Below are positions 9,639 through 18,947 of a stretch of DNA of 64,000 nucleotides, one piece after another; position 1 is the stretch's first letter; each line of letters starts with the position of its first letter. The position numbers were made by a program, and so were the translations under genes. This stretch comes from an uncultured Gemmatimonadales bacterium (GTDB lineage Bacteria; Actinomycetota; Acidimicrobiia; Spongiisociales; UBA5794), in NCBI GenBank assembly GCA_964195945.1, contig CAXMRC010000037.1, positions 3,217 through 67,216 on the forward strand. The letters are read 5' to 3'. Under the pieces are notes generated by a model that was given only the letters and a program-made list of their open reading frames with translations, did no database searches and was not told the origin of the DNA.

Positions 9639-9738
9639 AGGGCAAGGATGCTCGCTGGTTGCTCCGGGGTCATGGATGACCTGGCCCCGGACCCAGTTCT
9701 TTCTACGCACCACCCTCACGCCTAGTCTTGGCGTCGTT

Positions 9739-11127
9739 ATGCGTCTTCCGTTCCGTTCCCGTCTCAGTCGCCTCAGCCATCGGCTGCGTGAATTAGCGCG
9801 CAACCGTCCAGAGGAGGCAGAGGAATACCTCGATACCCACTCAGAAGCGTGGGAGGAGATCGCTGAGACCGACCCCGGCTCGGCAGCCGACATTCTCGAA
9901 GCACTCCACGAAGAAGATGCCGCGGATCTGCTGCGAGATCTCGACGCTGACGAGGCTTCTGACGTTCTCGACGAGATGAGGGCACCGGCGGCGGCCGATG
10001 TCATCGAAGAGATGAGCACCGACAGTGCCGCGGAGCTTGTCGCTGGTATGGAGACCCACCAAGCCGTCGACCTTATGGCTGCTCTGGAAGATGATGTTCG
10101 TGAAGAGATCATCACGGCACTCGACCCCGATGTGCGTCTCGCTATCAACCAGCTCATCGTCCATCCCGACGACAGCGCGGGTGGTCTGATGACAACCGAC
10201 TACGCCTCGTTACCTATCGGTATCACGAGCGGCGAGGCTATCGAGGCGCTACGCCGCCTTCACGAAGAGATCGGCTCCAACCTCACCTACGTATATGTCG
10301 TCGATACGCAAGGCAGGATTGCCGGCGTTGCACCGTTTCGTGAGCTGGTGTTTGCCCGCCCCGGTGCCGGCCTCGATGAGATCATGCTCCACGATCCAGT
10401 GACGGTCACCGTTGACACTGATCGCGAAATAGTCGCCGAGCTCATCCAGCGCTATCACCTCATCTCGATCCCGGTGACCGACGCCCAGCAGCACCTTGTG
10501 GGCATTGTCAAGGTTGACGAGGCGATGGAAGCGGTCCAGGCCGAAGCAACCGAGGACATCGCCCAGATGGTTGGTGCCGGTCCTGAGGAGACGGTCTATA
10601 CGGAGGTATCGGTGTCGGTGCGCCGCCGTCTCCCCTGGATCACGCTCAACCTGCTGATCGGTCTTGTCCTGGCCGTCGTGATCGGCGGTTTTGAGACTCT
10701 CATCGCAGACAAGGCTGTACTGGCATCGTTCATGCCGATGGTGGCTCTGCTCGGCGGCAACTCCGGTGCGCAAAGCTTGGCAGTCGTTATCAGGGCGATG
10801 GCCGTTGGCAGCGTGCCACCGGGCCGGGCGCGCCGGGCGATCCGGCGCGAGGCAACGGTCGGCCTAATCAACGGTGTCGTGATCGCGACGCTGTCAGGGA
10901 TCCTCGGCGGAATGGTTGCCGGCGACCCTGACATCGGATTGGTCATTGGAATCGCAGTCTTCGTCAACCTGGCTGTGGCCGGCGTCGTCGGAGCATCTAT
11001 CCCGATCGTTCTCCGCCGTCTTGGTCAGGACCCCGCGCTGGCATCAAATATCTTCTTGACGACCGTGACGGACGTTGTTGGCTTCGGTGGGTTCCTTCTG
11101 ACTGCAAAGCTGGTTCTGGGTCTGTAG
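9739..11127 (+). CDS. mgtE: Magnesium transporter MgtE
   Basis: Acidic N-domain, CBS pair (SAGGLMT...YVYVVD...IPVTD), RRRLPWI, GGNSGAQS, DPALASNIFLTTVTDVVG. Confidence 0.95.
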   Translation: MRLPFRSRLSRLSHRLRELARNRPEEAEEYLDTHSEAWEEIAETDPGSAADILEALHEEDAADLLRDLDADEASDVLDEMRAPAAADVIEEMSTDSAAELVAGMETHQAVDLMAALEDDVREEIITALDPDVRLAINQLIVHPDDSAGGLMTTDYASLPIGITSGEAIEALRRLHEEIGSNLTYVYVVDTQGRIAGVAPFRELVFARPGAGLDEIMLHDPVTVTVDTDREIVAELIQRYHLISIPVTDAQQHLVGIVKVDEAMEAVQAEATEDIAQMVGAGPEETVYTEVSVSVRRRLPWITLNLLIGLVLAVVIGGFETLIADKAVLASFMPMVALLGGNSGAQSLAVVIRAMAVGSVPPGRARRAIRREATVGLINGVVIATLSGILGGMVAGDPDIGLVIGIAVFVNLAVAGVVGASIPIVLRRLGQDPALASNIFLTTVTDVVGFGGFLLTAKLVLGL

Positions 11128-11172
11128 GGACGCAGGCTTCGTGCCGTGTCCATAGGGACTCGGATCGACCGA

Positions 11173-11709
11173 CTACGAGCCCAGAATCGCAACGCCTGAG
11201 GCCTCGAGGGGCCCAACGTAGACAATGCGGAAGCCCTCTTCGAGACGGGCGATATAGAAATTGTCGAGCGCGGCTTGCTGTGCCTCGGTTGGCTCCTCAA
11301 CGAACAGGGCATCGGCAGCTGCTTGAGACTCAACGATGTGGGCTTCAAATACCGGGGCGAATTGCTCGACAAGATCCGACATGACGTTGTGGATGTCGAT
11401 GTCAGACAACGATTCGTAGGTTGTCGTGTCGAGCAACACGACAACAATGTCTCCAGACTCTGATGCTTCGCGGCTGATGATGCTGTACTGCGGGAATGAC
11501 AGTTCGGGAGTGGTCGTGGTGGTTGTCGACGTGGCAGTGGTCCCAGAAGCAGCAGACTCGGTGCCCGCTGCGGTGCCGGCGAGCGTAGTGATCGGAGCGG
11601 CAGTAGTGGTAGTGGTGCCGGCCTCGTCGAGGGCATCGTCATCGCCCGAGCACGAGGCGACGAGCGCCAGCATTGCCCCTACAACGATCACCTGCTTGAT
11701 ACTCACCAT
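11173..11709 (-). CDS. Predicted lipoprotein with Thr/Ala-rich linker, unknown function
   Basis: Signal peptide with lipobox LVAS-C followed by TTTTT-rich linkers. Confidence 0.75.
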   Translation of the reverse strand: MVSIKQVIVVGAMLALVASCSGDDDALDEAGTTTTTAAPITTLAGTAAGTESAASGTTATSTTTTTTPELSFPQYSIISREASESGDIVVVLLDTTTYESLSDIDIHNVMSDLVEQFAPVFEAHIVESQAAADALFVEEPTEAQQAALDNFYIARLEEGFRIVYVGPLEASGVAILGS

Positions 11710-11741
11710 ATAACTCTACATCGGCACGAGGAATGTAAGGG

Positions 11742-12170
11742 TTAGTTGTTCGTCAACCATGCGTCAAAGTCTATTCCTTCCATCCACCGCTCCGAATTCG
11801 CCACCGCAAAACGTTCCTTGACTTCGTGGAAGAGTTCCGCACAGGGGCTGTGATCCAGCCCGACCCGAGCGAGGTCGAGGGCGGGTCTCCAGGCTCTTGG
11901 TCCGAGGGCAATGTCAACCTTGGATCGCCAGTCATCGTGGTCGGAGACCGCGCTTGCCGAGCTTGCCCAAAATATTTGCAGTTTCTGCGCGGAGCGGAGG
12001 CTGCGCCGCACCTCGCGGATCGCTTCACGGGGAAGCTCTGCCGTCGCGACGAGCGTCTCATTTGCCCAATCTGCGAATGCCTGCTCGCCCCAGCTCTCGG
12101 GGTCGGTAACGACTGATTCATAGAGGCTGTCGATCGACCGCAGTGTGCTCAGAAAGGCCGCGCTGCTCAC
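11742..12170 (-). CDS. Hypothetical protein (about 142 aa)
   Basis: GTG at 12170 overlaps the upstream stop (GTGA); protein-like composition. The longer tracked ORF extension is a shadow of the upstream gene. Confidence 0.65.
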   Translation of the reverse strand: MSSAAFLSTLRSIDSLYESVVTDPESWGEQAFADWANETLVATAELPREAIREVRRSLRSAQKLQIFWASSASAVSDHDDWRSKVDIALGPRAWRPALDLARVGLDHSPCAELFHEVKERFAVANSERWMEGIDFDAWLTNN

Positions 12171-13000
12171 CGCACCGTCTCCTCCGCAATGAGGTCCCGG
12201 AGTCCTGCGATAAGACGCCTGGTGATCGGCCCGACCGACTTTTCTACGTCTCCGATGCGCACCACCGGTTGGATCTCTCGCAGGGTGGAAAGCGCCACAA
12301 CCTCGTCTGCGCCAACCATTCGCTCGAGAGGGAACGCGCCTTCTCTGACGGGTAGGTCGATGCGGGCGGCGACGTCGAGGACCGCCTGGCGTGTCACCGA
12401 AGCGAGAATGCCCAGGTCCAGCTCTGGTGTTTCGAATACGCCGTCGACAATCCAGGCCACGGTGTTGGTGGGACCTTCGAGAACGTTGCCACTGCGACCA
12501 ACAAGCAGGGCATCGCCATAGCCTTCGCTCTTGGCATGGAAACGTGCGGCCACGTTGGGACCGTACGAAAGTGTCTTGGCGCCGGTGAGCTCGGACGCTG
12601 CACCGTCTGGATGCCAAGGAGCCTCTACCGGAAGCAAAGTGACCGTCTCATCGACATATGCCATCGGCTCGGCGAACACGATGAACCGCGAGTCCTCCCC
12701 TGTACCGCGCTCATCGGTGCCACCAGTGACAACGACTCGAACGGTGCCGTCGCCGACCGCGGCCCGGTCGGTGACCCAGCCCTCCATGTCGACCCGAGGC
12801 GGCAGGTCGATGCCCAGCGCGGCGGCCGAGCGTTCCAGGCGGTCCAGGTGCTGGCGTTGCCGGAAGGCGACGCCTCCGTAAGACCGCAGCGACTCAAAGC
12901 AGCCAAAGCCGCGGAGCAGCGCGATGTCGAAAACCGAGATACTGGCATCGGCAGGCTCCACCTGCTCGCCATCTATCAATACATACCCAATGACGTTCAT
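12167..13000 (-). CDS. PLP-dependent class IV aminotransferase (IlvE/PabC/Dat family)
   Basis: GFGCFESLR, HLDRLERSA, AKTLSY (PLP Lys), EGPTNTV, ILASVTR; TACCCT -10 7 nt before ATG 13000. Confidence 0.92.
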   Translation of the reverse strand: MNVIGYVLIDGEQVEPADASISVFDIALLRGFGCFESLRSYGGVAFRQRQHLDRLERSAAALGIDLPPRVDMEGWVTDRAAVGDGTVRVVVTGGTDERGTGEDSRFIVFAEPMAYVDETVTLLPVEAPWHPDGAASELTGAKTLSYGPNVAARFHAKSEGYGDALLVGRSGNVLEGPTNTVAWIVDGVFETPELDLGILASVTRQAVLDVAARIDLPVREGAFPLERMVGADEVVALSTLREIQPVVRIGDVEKSVGPITRRLIAGLRDLIAEETVR

Positions 13001-13133
13001 CTGGTGGAGGGTAACCGGAGGCGGGGACAGCGGGTCCGGGAGATGGCACTTGACTGCTTGGCGGCTCGCACCTTCGCCGCGTTCCTTCGGGTAGGTTTGT
13101 CGCTGGAGTACTGATTCGGGAGGCAGCGTCGGG

Positions 13134-13532
13134 ATGAAGCGACCTCGAATGGAGTTCACAGCGGCGGTGCTCGACAGCCCGGACGCCCGCACCCTCGCTG
13201 CTTTCTACCAGCGACTATTGGGGTGGGAGATCGGGGTGGATGAGGCTGATTGGGTAGTTCTGCGCCCTGCGGATGACGGAACGCGTTTGTCGTTCCAGAC
13301 TGAATCCGAATACATCCGACCTGTATGGCCAAGTGGCCCGAGTGATCAGCAGATGATGGTTCATCTGGACATCGCCACCGACGACCTGGCCGGTGCTGTG
13401 GAATGGGCGTGCGAAGCGGGCGCCACGGTTGCGGAGTGGCAGCCGCAAGACGATGTGCGGGTCATGCTTGACCCGGCCGGACATCCGTTTTGCCTATTCG
13501 AGTGGTCGGGGTTTGGGCCGGCGGAACAGTGA
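13134..13532 (+). CDS. VOC/glyoxalase-like protein
   Basis: LAAFYQRLLGW, HLDIATDDL, MLDPAGHPFCL. Confidence 0.9.
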   Translation: MKRPRMEFTAAVLDSPDARTLAAFYQRLLGWEIGVDEADWVVLRPADDGTRLSFQTESEYIRPVWPSGPSDQQMMVHLDIATDDLAGAVEWACEAGATVAEWQPQDDVRVMLDPAGHPFCLFEWSGFGPAEQ

Positions 13533-13839
13533 GCCACACGAGGCGAACCCAGTCTAAAAGCATACGATCGACAGAACGCAAAGCCTGTCGTACCCCTTTG
13601 ATACTTTGGTGACACTTCCCCGGCAGGACGAAGATCAACCAGATCGGGCGATCCCAACGGAGAAGTCGTCTGGGCCGCCCCGGCGGAACACCGTTTGTAC
13701 CCGGTCCACGTGACCGATTGGCTGCCAATTATCTGGTTCCGATGCTCGACGATGCGTTGGTCCCCGACCACCTCAAGGACCGGGAAATCAATGACACCTC
13801 CTAGACGACCGCAGACAGCCGACGGGCGATCGTCGGGTT

Positions 13840-15543
13840 CTAGTCGTTGAAGCGATTCGTAATCGGGAGACGCCGATCTTTCCCGAAAGCCTTCTGGGTG
13901 ATTCGGACACCCGGTGCTGCCTGGCGGCGCTTGTACTCGTTGCGGTCCACCATCCGGGCGACCCGGGCCACCAGTTCACGATCAAAACCCTCCTCGACAA
14001 TCACGTCGGGGGCTTCGTCAAGCTCGATGTACCTGCGCAGGATCGCATCAAGCACCTCGTACTCGGGCAACGAGTCCGTGTCCTTCTGATCCGGTCGCAA
14101 CTCCGCAGACGGTGGCTTATCGATGATCGCCCGCGGGATCACCTCACCGTTACGGTTGCGCCACTCTGACAGCCGATACACAACCGTCTTGAACACGTCC
14201 TTGAGCACCGAATACCCACCGGCCATGTCGCCATAGAGCGTCGCATAGCCAACGGCCATCTCCGACTTGTTCCCTGCGGCAACCACCATGCCACCAAACT
14301 TGTTTGAGACCGCCATCACGATCGCACCCCGGATTCTGGCCTGCAGATTCTCCTCGGCTACGTCGAATTCGGTTCCTTCGAACACCGGTCCCAGCGCATC
14401 GAGGAAGCCACCGAAGATCGAGTCGATAGAAATCTCATCGATGCGACAACCAAGATTCGTTGCCAGCTCAATCGAGTGGTTCACCGAGCCATCGGAACTA
14501 AACCGTGTCGGCATCGTGATGCCACGCACCATATCCGGGCCCAGCGCATCAACTGCGATGGCCAACGTCAGCGCCGAGTCGATACCGCCCGAGACGCTGA
14601 CGACAACATCACGGAAACCGTTCTTGTGCACGTAGTCCCGGAGACCGGTGACCAGAGCGGTGTAGACCTCGGCGTCCGCGTCTAGACGGGGCCGGATCTC
14701 AGGGACAGGTAGCGCAACATCGGACTGGATGCGGCCATCCGACACCGAAATCAAACCACCGTCATGCTCGACCTCATCAACAGGCACATCAATCACGAAG
14801 TGCTCCTGCTCAAACTGAGCCGCGCGGTAGATCAACTCGCCATCGGCGTCAAAGACCATCGAATCGCCGTCAAACACCAGCTCGTCCTGGCCACCGACCA
14901 TGTTGAGATAAACAACAGGCACCTCCGACCGCTGCGCCTCGGCCGCCAGCAGCGCAGAACGCTCGGCGCCTTTGCCAACGTGATAGGGGGAGCCGTTGAT
15001 GTTGAGCAGCACGGCGGCGCCCGCCTCGGCCTGCAATGCCGGCGGCCCGTCGGCAGACCAGATGTCCTCGCACACAGACACACCGACAGCAATTCCGCCG
15101 ATCCCCCACAGCTTTTCCGGCACTCGACCGGCCGCAAAATAGCGGGCCTCATCAAAGACGCCATAGTTAGGCAAGAGCACCTTGTGGTAGATCCCACGGA
15201 TCGCACTATCTGCCACCACCGCCGCGGCGTTGGCGAGGCCGCGTTCCACCGAATCATCTTTGTGGCGGTCACCGTCAACACGGTCAACAAACCCGACAAC
15301 CACCGCAGTCTTCTCCGCAGCCTGGGCAATTTGGCGCAACGCCTCGATGTTCTGGTCGATGAAGGACTTGCGAAGCAACAGATCCTCAGGCGGATATCCA
15401 GTGATGGCAAGCTCAGGAAGAAGAAGCACATCGGCCTCAGCTTCCTCGGCGCGTTCCATCGCCTCGAGAATGATCCGTAGGTTGCCGTCGATATCACCGA
15501 CGACGAGATTGACCTGGGCACCAGCGATACGCAAGAAGGACAT
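13840..15543 (-). CDS. nadE: Glutamine-dependent NAD+ synthetase
   Basis: Nitrilase domain (PELAITGYPPED, HK, CEDIW) plus SGGIDS, ENLQARIR, GNKSE, GYATLYGD, PPSAELRPDQKD, EYKRRQ. Confidence 0.97.
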   Translation of the reverse strand: MSFLRIAGAQVNLVVGDIDGNLRIILEAMERAEEAEADVLLLPELAITGYPPEDLLLRKSFIDQNIEALRQIAQAAEKTAVVVGFVDRVDGDRHKDDSVERGLANAAAVVADSAIRGIYHKVLLPNYGVFDEARYFAAGRVPEKLWGIGGIAVGVSVCEDIWSADGPPALQAEAGAAVLLNINGSPYHVGKGAERSALLAAEAQRSEVPVVYLNMVGGQDELVFDGDSMVFDADGELIYRAAQFEQEHFVIDVPVDEVEHDGGLISVSDGRIQSDVALPVPEIRPRLDADAEVYTALVTGLRDYVHKNGFRDVVVSVSGGIDSALTLAIAVDALGPDMVRGITMPTRFSSDGSVNHSIELATNLGCRIDEISIDSIFGGFLDALGPVFEGTEFDVAEENLQARIRGAIVMAVSNKFGGMVVAAGNKSEMAVGYATLYGDMAGGYSVLKDVFKTVVYRLSEWRNRNGEVIPRAIIDKPPSAELRPDQKDTDSLPEYEVLDAILRRYIELDEAPDVIVEEGFDRELVARVARMVDRNEYKRRQAAPGVRITQKAFGKDRRLPITNRFND

Positions 15544-15593
15544 GACGGCAGGTTACCGCGGCGGCGAATCCCCTCCAGCCGACCCCGACGCGA

Positions 15594-16727
15594 CTACACC
15601 CCGTTGACCGTCTCGGCGATAAGCCAGTCGACCACCAGCTGCAACGCCTCGTGCTCACTTGCGCCGCCGGTCAATGCCGCGTGATAGATTTCGAGCTGAG
15701 TGTCGGCGCTGGTGCCACGTTCCACGATGGTCCTGGCATGGTTGACCTCATCTTCGCAACCCAGCATCTTGGCGTCCTTGCCAACCAGATCGATAATCTC
15801 ATCCACCAGTTGTGGATACTCGACAAGCTCACCTCGTCCGAAATCAATCAGCGACTCCGAGATCCCATATCGTTGCGCCCGCCACACGTTCTCCTCTATC
15901 AGCATTCGGCTGTAGATACGCCACCGCTGGTTCTTCACCCGGCGTCGATGCAGCATCGACAGCAAAGACACATACAAGGCCGCTATCGAGAGAGTGTCGT
16001 CGACATTGGTGCAGATATCATTGCTGCGAAGCTCGAGAGTTGGATACCGAGCGCTGGGACGTAGATCCCACCACAGCTTGGTGGCATCCTCGATGACTCC
16101 GGCATTGACTAACACCTGGACATGGCGTTGATACTCCGCCCATGTATCGAACTCGTCGGGCATGCCGGTGCGGGGCACGGCTCGAAACACCGATGTTCGG
16201 TAACTCTTCAGACCAGTTTCTCTGCCGTTCCAGAATGGGGAGGACGTCGACAGCGCCAGCATGTGCGGCACAAAGTAGAGAACCTGATTCATCAGGTCTA
16301 CCCGGGTGTCCTGGTCTTCGATACCCACATGCACATGCATACCGCAGATCAACAATCTCCGAATGACGCCGCCGAGAGCATTGGCGAGGACGTTGTAGCG
16401 AGGGGCGTCGGTGTGGGTCTGCTCATACCAGTTGGCAAAGGGATGGGTTGAGGCTGCGATCGGGGCAAGACCGAATTCGGTGCAGACATCAGCCACCGCA
16501 CGGCGGAGACGCTTGAGGTCGCCGCGGGCTTCTTGGATGTTGCTGCAGACCTTGGTGCCGATCTCGATCTGTGACCGCAGGAACTCCGGGCTCACTTGAC
16601 CTTCGAGTATCTCCTCGCATGCTGTCATGAGTCCATCGGGCAGATCTTGCACGAGCTCCCGAGTCTCGATGTCAACGATCAGGTATTCCTCTTCAATACC
16701 TATCGTGAAAGCAGGTCCCTCAACCAT
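15594..16727 (-). CDS. Carboxylate-amine ligase (GCS2/YbdK glutamate-cysteine ligase family)
   Basis: TIGIEEE, QIEIGT, CGMHVHVG, SSPFW, WWDLRP, TLELR. Confidence 0.93.
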   Translation of the reverse strand: MVEGPAFTIGIEEEYLIVDIETRELVQDLPDGLMTACEEILEGQVSPEFLRSQIEIGTKVCSNIQEARGDLKRLRRAVADVCTEFGLAPIAASTHPFANWYEQTHTDAPRYNVLANALGGVIRRLLICGMHVHVGIEDQDTRVDLMNQVLYFVPHMLALSTSSPFWNGRETGLKSYRTSVFRAVPRTGMPDEFDTWAEYQRHVQVLVNAGVIEDATKLWWDLRPSARYPTLELRSNDICTNVDDTLSIAALYVSLLSMLHRRRVKNQRWRIYSRMLIEENVWRAQRYGISESLIDFGRGELVEYPQLVDEIIDLVGKDAKMLGCEDEVNHARTIVERGTSADTQLEIYHAALTGGASEHEALQLVVDWLIAETVNGV

Positions 16728-16864
16728 TTCTTGCCACCTCTCAACGGTCCAGTGCCAAGTTAGTTGAGAGCACCGCTCGATGGAGCCAAGATTCTCAGGC
16801 AGACGGAAGATCCGTCGGTGGCACGCACCTCGCTCACACCCGCCCGCTCATCTAGTATCCCAAC

Positions 16865-18037
16865 ATGCCTGACCGAATCCCTGACCTGGCGCGCCTCGCC
16901 GCTTCAATCGCTCCGCAGATGATCGATGTGCGCCGCGACCTCCACAAGAACCCCGAAATTGGGTGGAACGAACACCGCACCACGCGCAAGGTCGCAGAGG
17001 CATTGCTCGAGTGGGACATCAAGCCTCAAATCCGCGATGGGGGAACCGGCCTCATCGCCGATATCGGCGAAGGGCAGGCCACCGTCGGTTTCCGCGCCGA
17101 TCTCGATGCGCTCCCGATCGCAGAAGAAGCCGCACCGCCATACGCATCCATAGTCCCCGGCGTGATGCATGCATGTGGCCACGACGCCCACACAGCAATC
17201 GGACTCGGCACCGCCTGGGTGCTCAAGCAGTACGGGAAGCTGCCGGGGACGGCCCGCCTGATATTTCAACCGGCTGAAGAGACCATCCCCGGTGGGGCCC
17301 AGGCAATGCGCAACGAAGGCGTCCACCGCGACCTCTCCGCAATCGCAGCTTTCCACGTCGACCCATCGCTCGAAGCTGGCAAGGTTGGCATCCGGACAGG
17401 TGGCATCACCGGAGCCTCGGATCGCTTCATTGTCAGGCTCTCCGGGCCCGGCGGCCATACCTCACGTCCGCATCAAACCGTCAACCTGCTCTATGCGGCG
17501 GGCAGAGTGATCACCGACTTGCCGCAATTAATCCGCCACACCATCGACCCGCGTGAAACTGTGCTGGTGGTGTTCGGCAGCATCCACGGCGGTTCGGCCG
17601 CCAACGTCATCCCCACTCACATCGAGTTGCAGGGAACAGTGCGCATGTTTGATCTGGACCTGTGGCGTGAGATGCCGAAGCGCTTCGAAGCCCTGGTTGC
17701 CGAAATGGTTGGGCCACTTGGTGCGACCGCTGAGATCGAGTACATCGCCGGTTCACCACCGGTGGTGAACGACGCCGGAGTGATCAACCAGGCAGAGCTT
17801 GCCGCAAAGGCAGCGCTCGGCGCCGAAAACGTAGTGCACACCCACCAGAGCCTCGGCGCAGAAGACTTTGCGTGGTTCCTCGAAGACATCCCGGGAGCAT
17901 TGATTCGTCTTGGGGCTGCGCTCCCCGATCGCAAAGTCGACCTGCACTCTGCAAGCTTCGACATAGACGAATCGGCGATCGAAACGGGAATCCTGGTCGC
18001 CAGCGCCACCATCCTGAGGCTCCTCGACCAAGCATAG
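16865..18037 (+). CDS. M20D amidohydrolase
   Basis: RRDLHKNPE, RADLDALP, MHACGHD, FQPAEE, GAEDF, LHS; TAGTAT -10 6 nt before ATG. Confidence 0.95.
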   Translation: MPDRIPDLARLAASIAPQMIDVRRDLHKNPEIGWNEHRTTRKVAEALLEWDIKPQIRDGGTGLIADIGEGQATVGFRADLDALPIAEEAAPPYASIVPGVMHACGHDAHTAIGLGTAWVLKQYGKLPGTARLIFQPAEETIPGGAQAMRNEGVHRDLSAIAAFHVDPSLEAGKVGIRTGGITGASDRFIVRLSGPGGHTSRPHQTVNLLYAAGRVITDLPQLIRHTIDPRETVLVVFGSIHGGSAANVIPTHIELQGTVRMFDLDLWREMPKRFEALVAEMVGPLGATAEIEYIAGSPPVVNDAGVINQAELAAKAALGAENVVHTHQSLGAEDFAWFLEDIPGALIRLGAALPDRKVDLHSASFDIDESAIETGILVASATILRLLDQA

Positions 18038-18161
18038 GCTCTGCCTCTGCAACAGACGCCTAGTCGCCTGTTCAACAATGCCAGTTTCAGCTCGTCGGCA
18101 TCGCTGTGACCAGTCGCTTTGTCGGGGGGACGAGCCTGCACGTCATTTGTTCAACAGTCTC

Positions 18162-18947
18162 CTAACCCCGAGCCGGCCGCCACACGCCGGCAGCCTCATC
18201 GACGACTGTGTCAAACTTGAGACCCGTCAAGATTACGCCGGCAAAACCGGCATCCTTGGCCTGGTCGGCAGCCCGAAGCGACAATTCCCATGCCCGTTCC
18301 CTGTCGATGCCGTCGACGAGTTCGGCACGAACCTCGTCGCCGACTGCCACTGTGCCGATGGACTCCATCCGCTCCACCCATTTCAAACTGAACGGCGGGA
18401 TCACCATCAAAAAGACCGGCGGATCTGCGGGATCACGCTTGAGCCGCTCCATGTTGGGAGCAACCGTGACTGGGTCCATAACAGGGCCGGTCACAAAGAA
18501 CTGAGCACCGGCGTCGACCCTGCGCCGGAACTGCCAATCCCGGAAACGTGTCGTCATCCCCACTTCGAACTCAGGGAGCTGTGTCTGCAGATCGCGTAGG
18601 TGTTCGATGATCTCGTAGTGATGAGACATGTGCTCCACCTGGGGCCGGGTATCTCCAACCACAACCAGGAATGATTTCACCCCATTTCCGAGCGCACCGC
18701 GGACCTCGCTCTCGATGGCAAGGATGTTGCGATCTCTCGTTGAAGCGACGACCGTCGGCACCACATTGGGGACATCGTGAGTGATCCGGGCCGCAAAGGC
18801 ATATGGAGAAACTCGAATCTTGCCGAATGTGTTGTCGGTGATGAGAACCCGCTCCCAGGCATGGTCAAGCATGAGATGGCGTGCGCTCGGAAGAACCGGA
18901 GGGTTCACCTCGGCAATGTTTACCCATCTGTCGTATGCAGAAAGCAT
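18162..18947 (-). CDS. Methylenetetrahydrofolate reductase-like protein (atypical)
   Basis: AEVNPP, TDN, RDRN, LVVVGD, RVDAGAQFFVT follow the MetF layout; start overlaps the metH stop (TGATG). Confidence 0.75.
   Translation of the reverse strand: MLSAYDRWVNIAEVNPPVLPSARHLMLDHAWERVLITDNTFGKIRVSPYAFAARITHDVPNVVPTVVASTRDRNILAIESEVRGALGNGVKSFLVVVGDTRPQVEHMSHHYEIIEHLRDLQTQLPEFEVGMTTRFRDWQFRRRVDAGAQFFVTGPVMDPVTVAPNMERLKRDPADPPVFLMVIPPFSLKWVERMESIGTVAVGDEVRAELVDGIDRERAWELSLRAADQAKDAGFAGVILTGLKFDTVVDEAAGVWRPARG

Noticed and set aside
9411-9738. M-box (ykoK) riboswitch expected before mgtE
   Set aside because: The conserved UAGGUGAGGCU and GACGCCA segments are absent; reported instead as an unassigned element.
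13533-13839. Possible gene relic in the 300-nt gap after the VOC gene
   Set aside because: Short protein-like patches occur in different frames, but I recognise no family; unsupported without a search.
18066-18159. Imperfect 13-bp inverted repeat (gcctgttcaacaa / ttgttcaacagtc) as a MITE
   Set aside because: Two mismatches, no target-site duplication and a single copy in the window; it may simply be a terminator region between convergent genes.
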